A DNA stretch of 64,000 nucleotides from Lytechinus pictus (Eukaryota). Positions 53,801 to 61,742 of the stretch are shown here, in pieces. The number at the start of each line of letters is the position of its first letter. Within the stretch, counting starts at the first letter, position 1. The DNA is taken from the NCBI RefSeq assembly GCF_037042905.1, contig NC_087251.1, positions 46,998,001 through 47,062,000 of the forward strand. The letters run 5' to 3'. The translations under genes and the position numbers were made by a program. Under the pieces are notes generated by a model. It saw only the letters and a program-made list of their open reading frames with translations, did not search any database and had not been told where the DNA came from.

Positions 53801-56800
53801 TATGAAATACAAACCGAAATATTCATAAAATGAATAAGAAAATTTCCTCCTGAAAGTTTAAATACCGTGGATGGATTTCACATAATTCTACAAGTTTATT
53901 TTATTTATTTGTAAAGAACTTATACATAAATTTTTTTTAAATACAATTAATACATATCACCCTTTCCATCCGTATATATTAGAATTAATTATGTGAAAAC
54001 ACACATTCATAATAATGAAGATGAAATATAATTTCATGTACCTTACTTTTGTTGATCTTCTTTTTTTTATACTATAAATGAAACAATAACATCCATATTT
54101 TGAAAAAAGAGAATGAATTCAAACATTGAATACATGGTGGGTTAAAATGGTTTAATTACCATTTAACTATTTTATCAAGTATTACAAAATCTCACATTTT
54201 GATGATTTTGAATGAGAACTATTAAAAAGAGGAGAAAAGAATCATTAAAATATCACATGCAGGAATGTAAAATATTATTGTTTTCCAATAACTTTCAAAG
54301 TTCTTCCAGTAGTAGAAATCATCTCAAAAGATTATACAGGTAATCCTCAGCACAGCTGGCATTTAGGATATTATTTAACATCAAATAGTGTATATAAGTA
54401 TAGTATATTTGTAGTTCTTGTAAGAGTCTACCATTAGGTCAGAAGTTGCCACAAGATGGCAGCATTTCACACAAACATCAGACTCTGTACAATAACCTTC
54501 CATAAGTCAAAATAATCGCCTATTAGTTTAGTTCACATGCACGTTGATCTTTTTTTAATATCAATTCATAAATACCACCAATAGAGGGCAGTATACAAAA
54601 TATTCTTACCCATCTCATCGGTCCAATGCCACAAACAAGCCAACTTCCAGGAAAGATGAAATATTGAAAAACCAACAAAAGATAACTGTTTTGAAAATGT
54701 AAAGTGTAAAACAACATTGTTAGATTATACCTTCTAACCAAATTGAAAAAGTCAACATTGAACAACAAAACACAAACTATTTTATGAGCAAAAAACAATT
54801 GCTTTCATACTTAACAAAACAAAAACCAAATATAACACTGTAACAAACACTGGTTAAAAACAGACCTTGTTCTTTCAAAGTAGATATTAATGTTGTCAGG
54901 ACCCTTTTTTTTTATCTTTTCTAGAAAATTACTAAGATCATCTATCTGATATATATAGAACTATTCATCAAATTGGTTGATTGAAAAATTCATATAATGT
55001 ATCTGAAAGAGAAATATCAAACAGAAATCCATTACCTGTTGAAACAGGATTTAAAGTAAATCCAAATTTTTTTTTTTTTTCAAGTTGAACATAAACATCT
55101 AATTTATAATATACAAATCAAAACACTGTAATAATACTCACATTAAGAAATATCTTGGGTCAGTGATAATGTCTATTCCATGGCAAATTGAAGCAAATTC
55201 AATTTTCCTTTCCCTGCAAATAAAATATAAAATCAGTAAGCCAATACATTATACAAAAACAAAAATAAATATATAAGAGAAATTGTAATAAAACAAAAAT
55301 CACATATATGTTTTTCCCACAATTAATCATATGCATAAATGGTTGATATAACAAGATACATGACTGAAGTTCCTTATCAAAATTCTACACTTGTCCTAAA
55401 TGAATTGTTTTTTTCTTTTGCTTGTTTCATACTATTCTATTCGAGAAATTGCACACCATAGTTAAAAGTTATAATAATCGCGCAGAATTTCCTTTTAAAC
55501 ATAAAGAAAATTCTAGGCAATTATTAATAATTTGTATTCCATGGTGCCCAATTTTCTGTTCATCAGTCTGTCCTATATCATTTTGGGGGTATTTTTGGGG
55601 TGAATATCAAAAAGTAAATAAAATTCAATCATACTCAAAGTTCTTGAAATCCAGCTTGTCACATTTTGAAGAAAGTCCAACTGCAATCTGTCAAGAAAGA
55701 AAGATAGAAAGACAAATTAAAATACAAATAAATGCTAAAGAAAATCATCTAGTAGGCGAATTACTGGGAAAGGTTTGCTACTTTGCCAGAATACATATCA
55801 TATCAAAGCTCTTTAATCCCTTTTTTTCATACATTACTAATTAATGAACAGTTTTAGAGGAGCAAAGTCACTCTAATGGCTAATGTTCTTTAAAAAAAAA
55901 AAATTAAAAAAAAAGATACAACCTATCATAAGACTTACACTGGGTGGTTTCAGACCGCCTCGAAGTTTGTCAGTTCCAGGTATTCTCTGATCGGGAAATT
56001 TACCCCGATCAGAAAATACCAGGTATTTTGGTAATGTGAAAGCAAACTACGCGTAATTTCCCCAAAAGAAAATACCCGCTAAATTGTAGGTACTTGGCGA
56101 AATTACGAGAACTTTCGCGGGGATTTTTCCAAGGTCGCAGGTATTTTGGCAATGTGAAAGCAATTTACGGGAACTTTTAGCCCAGCGTGTCGTTGGGCGC
56201 GGGCGCCGTGGGTGGCTGCTGGGCTAGTGGTTTTGAATCTCGCGCCTTGCCTGCTTATTAGACCATACTGCGCATGCTCCTAACTTCAGGAATTTATCCC
56301 AAAGGGTATGTTTCGGGGCGGTGTGAATGCAGGAATAATTAATGGGTATTTTTTAGCCTAAAAATGTTCTCATAATTTAACGGGGATTCTTGTGATCGAG
56401 GCGGTTTGAAACCGCCTATATTTCATGAAAAGGCAGAAGACTGAAATTTTCTGAAGATATCTAAATGCCATGTCCTCTACCACTCACCTATCTGATATAA
56501 ACAAAGTGATCCATGATATGTAGCCTGATTCGCCATGAACCTATCCACGGAGGATTATCTATAGTTACTGGGGGTGCTGTGACAATGCTCAGCACCCCCA
56601 GTAACAATAGAATAATCCTCCGTGGATAGGTCCATGTGATTCGGGGTTTGGTAGATTCTAAAAATTGGTCTATATGTATCTCTTTTTTTTTTCCGGTGAG
56701 CCAGTATCAAGACAAAGACAAGATGATGGGATATTCCCTTTCCCCTCAAGTTGGCTATCATACTATATATTTGGAGGCTACACAAAACCATAGATAGCTA

Positions 56801-59800
56801 TATTCATACAAAGTTTGTACCTCATTGTGATATCTTTTCCCCTTAAGTCGACTGTCAAACTAGGGGAAAAATTTCAAGGGGCTCAGACGATTTCTCCCCT
56901 GAAATGCTCAAAAAGAGCGGTGGAAAATAAAAAAAGAGTGCTGGAATCCCATTCACTGCAATGTTAAAGCTTATCAAATATTGCAGATTTAGGCTGTAGG
57001 TTGTCAAAAGTAGCCCCTGAAAATTAAACTTAATTTTTTGCCTGTATCGAACTGTAGACATTTACCCGAATCATCGTTGCATCTGCTAGTGATTGATAAA
57101 AAAAAGGGGTACTGAAAAATCACTATGTGAATGCTGGGAAATCTACACTACTGGTGAGAATGTGGGAAGAGCTTCTTCAAGGACAAGTCCACCCCAACAA
57201 AAAGTTGATTTGAATAAAGAGAGAAAAATCTGACAAGCATAACACTGAAAATTTAATCAAAATCGGATGTAAAATAAGAAAGTTACGACAGTTCTGCTTA
57301 ATTTCACAAGCAACACTTTAAAGTGTCATAACTTTCTTATTTTACATCCGATTTTGATGAAATTTTCAGCGTTTTGCTAGTTTGATTTTTCTCTATTTAT
57401 TCAAATCAACATATTTCTGGGCTGGACTTGACCTTTGAATTACCAATGGATGAACCAGCTTGAACTTGAACAAGAAATTCCTCACATCTAAGCAACACTT
57501 TGCAAGTTCTTCCATTGTACTTGGACACTGAAGATAAAAGGGGATGTAACATATAGAGAAAGAGAAAGTGAATGAAGGGCATAAGAAATATGTCTTAATA
57601 CTTTGCATACAATTTTCAAACATATATCTTGGTAAACCTGTAGAGAATCACAACTTTCTGGTATCAAAATATTGTTGCATATTACCAAGATGGTTTTGAG
57701 AAATATAAATTCTTATCAAAACAAATTGAGCATCGATACACAAGGTCTGAAACCCGACAAAGAGTCTTCTACATTGCACTGATTTTTAGAATAGTTTGAG
57801 GATAGGAAGTCAGCACAAGTATTATTGGACTAAAAATATTTTGGCACACAGAAATTTTTACAATTTCTTTTTTTTGTGGGGGAGGGAGGGGGAATTCAGA
57901 ATATTTCGAATTCTAATTCTCACCTGCTAACTTTTCTTTTTAAAAAGAAGTTAATAGTTTGACAATGTTAGAAAAAAATAAAACTTACAGAAAATATGTA
58001 AATTTAAGACCATCAAGAAAATGCAGAACATAAATATACTGAATCAGAATCAATTAGTATTTTCAGTGTATAATTTTGCACCACACCATGGATAGCTAAA
58101 ATAATACATCTAACACCATCTATCTACACAGGGCTACTGAATACAATAGTATCAAAGATATCAACTCACTTTCAATGTAATGGTGACATCGGTTTGTGTA
58201 TTCTCTACAGCTAGACCAGCTTCCTCATGACAGACATCGAGTCGTCCACTTTGCATGGTAATGGTGTACCTATCTTCTTTTGACCGGTTCACTGCTATGT
58301 ATCTCATACAGGCAGCATCACCACTAGCTTCGGTCTCTCCCGTAGTCATGGGAACACCCTCATCAAGAACTGACGCCAAACTTGGACAACCATCTGTTTG
58401 GACAGAAGGGTGATACAAAAATACATAGCCCATGATAAACTAGACAAGGATGCAGTCAAGCTTCTTCCCAGATTCGATAAGACTTTGGAACTCCCTCCCC
58501 AACAGCACAGTTAATTGTACCTCTCTACACATCTTTAAACAAGAGGTACAAAAGACCCAGCTCCGTTAATAACGGTGGTTGTTTTTACTTGCACGCTGTA
58601 AGCAATTTTTTATCAAATAATGTACATACACTTGCACGCTGCACTTCACCAGTACGACAATACACCAGACGGTGGACTGTACTGTTTCCAGAAGAAGAAG
58701 AAGAAGGCCACATTGTGCCAGCCTTTGCCTTGGGCCGAATCACATGTAAAAGGTCTACAGAGAAGGTTTTTCCAGTAGTCTCGTGATCAGGGCCCAGGGG
58801 GGCGTTTCATAAAGCTGTTCGTAAGTTAAGAGCGACTTTAAGAACGACTGGTGAACCTTTCTTACGTGCCAAACCATCGCCAATGAATATACCATTTACC
58901 ACAAGAAAGTATCACCAGTCATTCTTAAAGTCGCTCTTAACTTACGAACAGCTTTATGAAACATCCACCTGGGAACAATTTTTTTAGATGGGGTTGCTGA
59001 TGCAAATATAACAAGGAAAAAAAAAGGTTTTCAATATAGAATGAAAGAAGTCATTTTAATTACACTTCTCCATTTTTCACATCTTCCAGAATTCCAGGGG
59101 GTGCGGCCTATGGAGAATAATGCACGCAGCACCCCCCCCCCCCCCCGGCGACTGACTAGGCATTTGAAAGTCCGGGATTCGACCCCCAGCACCCCCGCTT
59201 CCAAGGGCCATGCTCATGACTCGACTACATCTCTAATTGACAACCACCTGTTTGGACAGAATACACAATCATCAAAAGAAAAACCATTCCAATGAATGAT
59301 CATTAATGTAACAAGTGACGGCCACGTATATAGGAAATCCTCGAGGGCAACGGGCAATTCTGCCCAAATGACAGAATGACAAATCGCCCCTAAAATTCCC
59401 AAATTGAATACTTTGGGGCAATCATCTCTTCTAAAGTTGCCAAATGAGGTGCCACAAACAATATTCAAGAAACTTTAGAAAATAGTAAAATCTCACCTAA
59501 TACACCTTTGCAAGACAGCAAACTCGTCCATGTTCCCTGGACTTTGACTGCAAGAGAGCAGAGATCATGAAAAGAAAAAAAACAATGAAAAAGGCTAATA
59601 CAAGCACCTGGAAAATGAATTTTAATCTTGGATGGATTCTTAAGCAATTTTAGAAAACTAAAATTCATTTTATTTCATATACTGTATAATACACACAGAA
59701 GAATGGGCTTTGACAGGTCATCATCCATTCATTGTGACAAAGCCTTACTCACTGTTCACTGGAAAGAATGAGAAATAATAGATTTTTTCCTTTTTTTACA

Positions 59801-60824
59801 TGGAAGATTGACTTTTGTTTAATGAGTTATCCTGGTGAAATACGAACATATCTAGGCCTAAATAGATTTTTAAAAACATAAAATTTTCAATGGAGTATTC
59901 AATGCTCATCAAATTCTCACCCTTTATCTTTGAATACATAGTGTAATAGAGATCATTGCTCCCACTCCTAGATGATCAGATTTTAGCAGTAAAAAAATAA
60001 GCATTGAAGGACTGAATAAATGTCACTTACAATTCACATTATTGCACCCAGTGTTTTCACTTCTGCTAAATCTCACATCCAACACATCTTCAGCAGAGTG
60101 CCCAATGGACTTGAATGTTGCCCGATGGGTCAGTACACACTCCAGTATCTAAATTTACAATGAAAAAGAGAAAAGATATCAGAGATAGGAGATAAATAAA
60201 GAGAGAGCAAGTGAAATGATGGGGGGGGGGAGTGGTAGAGACAGACCGACCTACAAATCAAAATTTAAATGACTTTGGTCGGGGGGGGGGGGGGGGGTGT
60301 CCACAACTGAAAAATTTACAACATTAAGTTAAGTGTACATAAAGTGTACACAATGTCCTCCGTGGCCAGAATCCTGGAAGCTCAAAGGTTCTGTGGTAGA
60401 ATCCCTTGTGGGAAACACTCATGGGAAAAGACGATGCCATGAATTTGATGTTAAAGATATGGCTCTAACAGAGGTGCATCACTGACGCTATAAAATTATT
60501 TCAGCCTACTTATTTGCAAGGGTTATTTTGGTGAAAATGTCAACTATTATCAGGGGCAAGGTGGGGTGTATTGAGAAATGAAAGTGGCAAAAATGTCAAA
60601 TATTAATAAAGAACATTTCAAAAACTGAAAGACCTCTTCCTTTAAATTCACCCCAAACATAAATAAAGAAAAGTTCCTGTTTATGATAATATTAGGCAAG
60701 TATGTTACCCTTTCTCCAGAAAAAAAACAAATTGGTACTTGGCACAGAATGACAAAACTATCTTATCTTGTAAATTGAAAAGTTGAAAACTTACTTCAAT
60801 GCAAACTTGTGAGAGAACCGCCAT
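5407..60824 (-). CDS. TOP6BL: Spliced gene: type 2 DNA topoisomerase 6 subunit B-like (TOPOVIBL), meiotic SPO11 partner; 14 coding exons, 3' end not located
   Basis: Exon chain 60795-60824, 60031-60148, 59497-59547, 58170-58393, 57444-57527, 55635-55687, 55142-55213, 47884-48070, 30308-30476, 14106-14240, 11611-11735, 6540-6650, 6182-6277, 5407-5553 gives 534 open codons with matching phases. Colinear similarity to human TOP6BL as I recall it: VCIEILECVLTH~AVFEILRFLIIH; CLDVRNFLFKFKLVHP~CLVIKHFLRKIIMVHP; GIDIITDPRYF~GIALLVDSQHY; LSVYGPGSFPL~IFLYGPLGLPL; LVKWKELGL~LVDWKKYHL; SIHKIISHSANDTFRRRCFDALQADT~[27 protein letters not shown]. No database search was run. Confidence 0.88.
6182..6277 (-). 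CDS. TOP6BL: TOP6BL coding exon 13 (ADTCMELTDRL...NFHSQ)
   Basis: ttccattcag| ... CAG|gttggt; 96 nt, phase 0-0. Confidence 0.85.
6540..6650 (-). CDS. TOP6BL: TOP6BL coding exon 12 (REAIMKSAVPSI...FRRRCFDALQ)
   Basis: tgttacag| ... CAG|gtatgt; 111 nt, phase 0-0; S...FR..C...LQ motif of TOP6BL. Confidence 0.9.
7355..7510. mobile_element. Small palindromic MITE-like element
   Basis: acaaatatatcaggc ... gcctgatatatttgt inverted termini with internal symmetry. Confidence 0.6.
9047..9461. mobile_element. MITE, PIF/Harbinger-like
   Basis: TIR AGGCGACCGCACACCTTACGA vs AGGCCACCTCACACCTTACAA; TAA duplicated on both flanks. Confidence 0.75.
10250..10432. mobile_element. Palindromic MITE family A (about 170-180 bp), copy 1
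   Basis: gtttcataaagctgttcgtaagtt...aacttacgaacagctttatgaaac; CTG on both flanks; other copies at 23135, 36294 and 58798. Confidence 0.85.
11611..11735 (-). CDS. TOP6BL: TOP6BL coding exon 11 (DLLNRVRQEF...PARKD)
   Basis: cctcctctcaag| ... GAT|gtgagt; 125 nt, phase 1 to 0; amphipathic helix pattern fitting the transducer stalk. Confidence 0.85.
12142..12726. mobile_element. Helentron/HINE-like non-autonomous element with internal tandem repeats of about 137 bp
   Basis: Subterminal IR atgcccc/ggggcat, terminal hairpin atgccccctcggacttcgtctgcaggggcat, ggac microsatellite, three gacctttgacct-containing repeats. Confidence 0.65.
13181..14087. repeat. 82-bp tandem repeat array (11 near-identical copies)
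   Basis: Unit actgactccaaaccaatcaaaaccattacactatttcagctgggtNaccattggttggtttgaagtacatttcattggtgta; period 82 holds from 13181 to 14083. Confidence 0.97.
14106..14240 (-). CDS. TOP6BL: TOP6BL coding exon 10 (DCFKVDLQ...HIIHLILLF...QDRL)
   Basis: tgtgtgtag| ... TAG|gtgagc; 135 nt, phase 1-1. Confidence 0.85.
16761..17353. mobile_element. TTAA-targeting MITE family B (Kolobok/T2-like), full-length copy
   Basis: TTAA|AGGACAAGTC ... GACTTGACCT|TTAA with long imperfect TIRs; related copies at 33694, 50542 and 57180. Confidence 0.85.
19040..19585. repeat. Two (ATT/ATC)n microsatellite tracts inside a degenerate local duplication
   Basis: ATT-rich runs at 19040-19275 and 19395-19585, each preceded by a similar aaatacataat...aaatcggta segment. 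Confidence 0.9.
20266..20697. mobile_element. MITE with 6-bp target-site duplication
   Basis: Perfect 14-bp TIR CAGACCTGCCAACC; TCATGG on both flanks. Confidence 0.85.
20787..21866. mobile_element. TIR element interrupted by a LINE fragment
   Basis: TIR GGGGCCAGTCAAATATA(C/T)TGCT(G/C)TACA at both ends. Confidence 0.7.
21201..21820 (-). mobile_element. 5'-truncated CR1/L2-type LINE 3' end
   Basis: Minus strand reads YPTRKGNRVIMPKPKTENCKRTFIYRCGK*YNNLP (ORF2 C-terminus pattern), then a 3'UTR with AATAAA and an (CCAAA)n tail. Confidence 0.7.
21948..22423 (+). mobile_element. 476-bp MITE family C, copy 1
   Basis: TIR GGTGGTTTCAAACCGCCTCGA; near-identical inverted copy at 55942-56417. Confidence 0.85.
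22447..22587. mobile_element. Short (about 140 bp) CCAAT-core MITE family D
   Basis: gggagtgtttcata...ttcatgaaatgctcccc with core agccaatc.gatgcaaggattt; degenerate relatives near 3650-3750, 16405-16530, 36128-36279, 42150-42270 and 51305-51435. Confidence 0.6.
23135..23305. mobile_element. MITE family A, copy 2
   Basis: Palindromic; CTG duplicated on both flanks. Confidence 0.85.
23439..24205. mobile_element. 767-bp non-autonomous DNA transposon, Harbinger-like
   Basis: TIR GG(C/G)TGCGTTTAT; ATG duplicated on both flanks; repeated subterminal AATCATGATT palindromes. Confidence 0.8.
25905..26110 (+). mobile_element. Degenerate tRNA-derived SINE
   Basis: A-box-like gatgtagtgg and B-box-like ggtttgaaccc at tRNA spacing, followed by a body not resembling tRNA; probable 3'-half remnants at about 28730-28870 and 49165-49245. 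Confidence 0.5.
26309..26913. mobile_element. Nested insertion: TTAA-flanked element (26416-26809) inside a CAGAGCTGCCA-TIR element
   Basis: Outer termini cagagctgcca / tggtagctctg; inner TTAA|AGGTAAAT ... ATTTAGCT|TTAA. Confidence 0.6.
29680..29834. mobile_element. 155-bp palindromic MITE
   Basis: TACCTTGGTCACATTTG ... CAAATGTGACCAAGGTA; TTA duplicated on both flanks. Confidence 0.85.
30308..30476 (-). CDS. TOP6BL: TOP6BL coding exon 9 (LSVYGPGSFPL...VKWKELGL...GPPTR)
   Basis: aaaatac| ... AG|gtaagt; 169 nt, phase 0 to 1; carries the YGP motif and the WKxY-equivalent motif; this frame is absent from the supplied ORF track. Confidence 0.88.
32215..32408. mobile_element. Tc1/mariner-like MITE
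   Basis: cagttttgctcaaaagttagtgaaccccacc ... ggtggggttcactaatttttaagcatcactg|ta. Confidence 0.65.
33125..33504. mobile_element. 380-bp MITE, Harbinger-like
   Basis: TIR TACCCCTTTCATAAACC; TTA duplicated on both flanks; internal aatgcggataat repeats. Confidence 0.85.
33694..34207. mobile_element. MITE family B, inverted copy with one end eroded
   Basis: TTAA|AGGTCAAGTC start; homologous to 16761-17353 in reverse. Confidence 0.75.
36294..36455. mobile_element. MITE family A, copy 3
   Basis: Same palindromic arms with a small deletion. Confidence 0.8.
36691..37525 (-). mobile_element. Helentron/HINE-like element with internal tandem repeats, copy 1
   Basis: Subterminal IR GTCTCACCTGCAT/ATGCAGGTGAGAC, terminal hairpin gtctcactctgctatgcaggtgagac, A-run flanks, gacctttgacct repeats of 160-190 bp. 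Confidence 0.75.
38099..38889 (-). mobile_element. Helentron/HINE-like element, copy 2
   Basis: Same termini and internal repeats as 36691-37525, in the same orientation. Confidence 0.75.
45576..45800. repeat. (TTCA)n microsatellite
   Basis: Over 50 near-perfect TTCA units. Confidence 0.98.
47884..48070 (-). CDS. TOP6BL: TOP6BL coding exon 8 (PDGVQGAPCHHLRPV...ATPSQLW), ending at a U12 donor
   Basis: ttcccccttgcag| ... TGG|atatcctttt; 187 nt, phase 2 to 0; GC-rich. Confidence 0.85.
49578..50236. mobile_element. GC-rich non-autonomous TIR element
   Basis: tggtcacaccaccagaacttt ... aaagttcgggcggtgtgacca; internal accgct/agcggt repeats. Confidence 0.7.
50542..51227. mobile_element. MITE family B, diverged copy with an internal insertion
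   Basis: TTAA|AGGTCGAAT ... TTATCCT|TTAA; homologous to 16761-17353. Confidence 0.75.
55142..55213 (-). CDS. TOP6BL: TOP6BL coding exon 7 (EERKIEFASICHGIDIITDPRYFL)
   Basis: ttatttgcag| ... AT|gtgagt; 72 nt, phase 2-2. Confidence 0.85.
55635..55687 (-). CDS. TOP6BL: TOP6BL coding exon 6 (IAVGLSSKCDKLDFKNF)
   Basis: ctttcttgacag| ... GA|gtatga; 53 nt, phase 0 to 2. Confidence 0.8.
55942..56417 (-). mobile_element. 476-bp MITE family C, copy 2 (inverted relative to 21948-22423)
   Basis: Reverse complement of copy 1 with few substitutions. Confidence 0.85.
56534..56636. mobile_element. 103-bp hairpin MITE, hAT-like
   Basis: Near-perfect stem of about 46 bp with CATG termini; flanks TGATTCGC / TGATTCGG (7 of 8 match). 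Confidence 0.75.
57180..57434. mobile_element. MITE family B, internally deleted foldback copy
   Basis: Only the two TIR arms remain: AGGACAAGTC ... GACTTGACCT. Confidence 0.8.
57444..57527 (-). CDS. TOP6BL: TOP6BL coding exon 5 (CPSTMEELAKCCLDVRNFLFKFKLVHPL)
   Basis: ttatcttcag| ... TTG|gtaatt; 84 nt, phase 0-0; resembles the TOP6BL FL.K..LVHP segment. Confidence 0.88.
58170..58393 (-). CDS. TOP6BL: TOP6BL coding exon 4 (DGCPSLASVL...DVTITLK)
   Basis: aaacag| ... AAA|gtgagt; 224 nt, phase 1 to 0; within ORF 58161..58433. Confidence 0.85.
58432..58706 (+). mobile_element. 5'-truncated CR1/L2-type LINE 3' end
   Basis: Plus strand reads SFFPDSIRLWNSLPNSTVNCTSLHIFKQEVQKTQLR* (SFFP...WNSLP ORF2 C-terminus), then a 3'UTR and a (GAA)n tail. 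Confidence 0.85.
58798..58968. mobile_element. MITE family A, copy 4 (probably nested in another repeat)
   Basis: Palindromic arms; CAG/CTG flanks. Confidence 0.8.
59497..59547 (-). CDS. TOP6BL: TOP6BL coding exon 3 (FKVQGTWTSLLSCKGVL)
   Basis: ctctcttgcag| ... TAG|gtgaga; 51 nt, symmetric phase 1-1 (could be skipped in frame). Confidence 0.75.
   Translation of the reverse strand, partial: SKSREHGRVCCLAKVY
60031..60148 (-). CDS. TOP6BL: TOP6BL coding exon 2 (ILECVLTHR...GCNNVN)
   Basis: tttag| ... |gtaagt; 118 nt, phase 0 to 1, open frame. Confidence 0.85.
60795..60824 (-). CDS. TOP6BL: TOP6BL coding exon 1 (MAVLSQVCIE); the exon including 5'UTR spans 60795-60870
   Basis: Acceptor ctgttag before 60870; in-frame TGA upstream of the ATG; context aagATGG; donor GAA|gtaagt, phase 0. 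Confidence 0.8.
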
Positions 60825-61709
60825 CTTGTTCAGCTCAATAGTGACAGGGGTAGACTTTCACTTGTTACATCTAACAGAGGGGAAAAATAACATTGTCATA
60901 GGTCGATAATCTTCTTGTTGACTGTGTTTTGAATTTGAACCTGCCCAATTTGAATACATTCCCCAGTTGTGAAAAATTCACAAATATCATTATAATTTCT
61001 TGCTGACAAATTTTCTTTAGAAACAAAATGAAATATGAAAAGTAAGGATACAAGAAATGATATTTGATAGTAGGATGGGGGGTTGGGTGTCCGGACACCT
61101 AACAGAAATGAAGCCTTGTTTTTTTTCAACCCAGGAGTAAGCCAAAAATATATGTTGAATAGTTCTTATCACCATCAATATTTGTTCTTTATCATATTTT
61201 CTTACATTCTGTGCTAAAAAAATCAAACTAAAGACATTGCCTGTAAACTTTTCAATATTGAGAGTAAAACATCATGCGTCCGGACACCCAACCCCTCCGC
61301 ACACAACCACTGGGTATACAGCTGGTAGCTGCTTCAGAGTTGATGCCCCAAAATCTAGCCTTCACTTTTTCTTTGAAATTCTTTGAATTTGATAAAACTT
61401 TGATTGGGACAAGAATTCCATATATCATTAATTCCATTAATAACGTCATTTTGTAGCTTGGTACAAGTGTCTATTATACCCCCAAACTGGCCAACTTGAT
61501 CTATAAACTTCTCTGAGATAATAAAACATTTCTGAAAGAGAAAAAATTACTCAGAAGGTCAAAAAACAAAAATTACTTTCTAACTTCACCAGCCTTGTTG
61601 CACATGTGTTGTCTGTATATGGTGGATGGCTGTTGATAATGACAATAAATTGAGGGCAGTATTGCAGAAACTTATTTAAAGATGTTAAAGAAAATTACAA
61701 TGTTTCAAC

Positions 61710-61742
61710 CATAGAGATGTATACTAATAACGCATCTCTATG
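61710..61742. mobile_element. 33-bp micro-MITE with a perfect 8-bp target-site duplication
   Basis: GTTTCAAC|CATAGAGATG...CATCTCTATG|GTTTCAAC. Confidence 0.75.

Noticed and set aside
54611..54644. Possible extra exon (gaag|TTGGCTT...AGATGG|gtaaga)
   Set aside because: Exon 7 joins exon 8 in phase without it; its 34 nt would shift the frame; no homology
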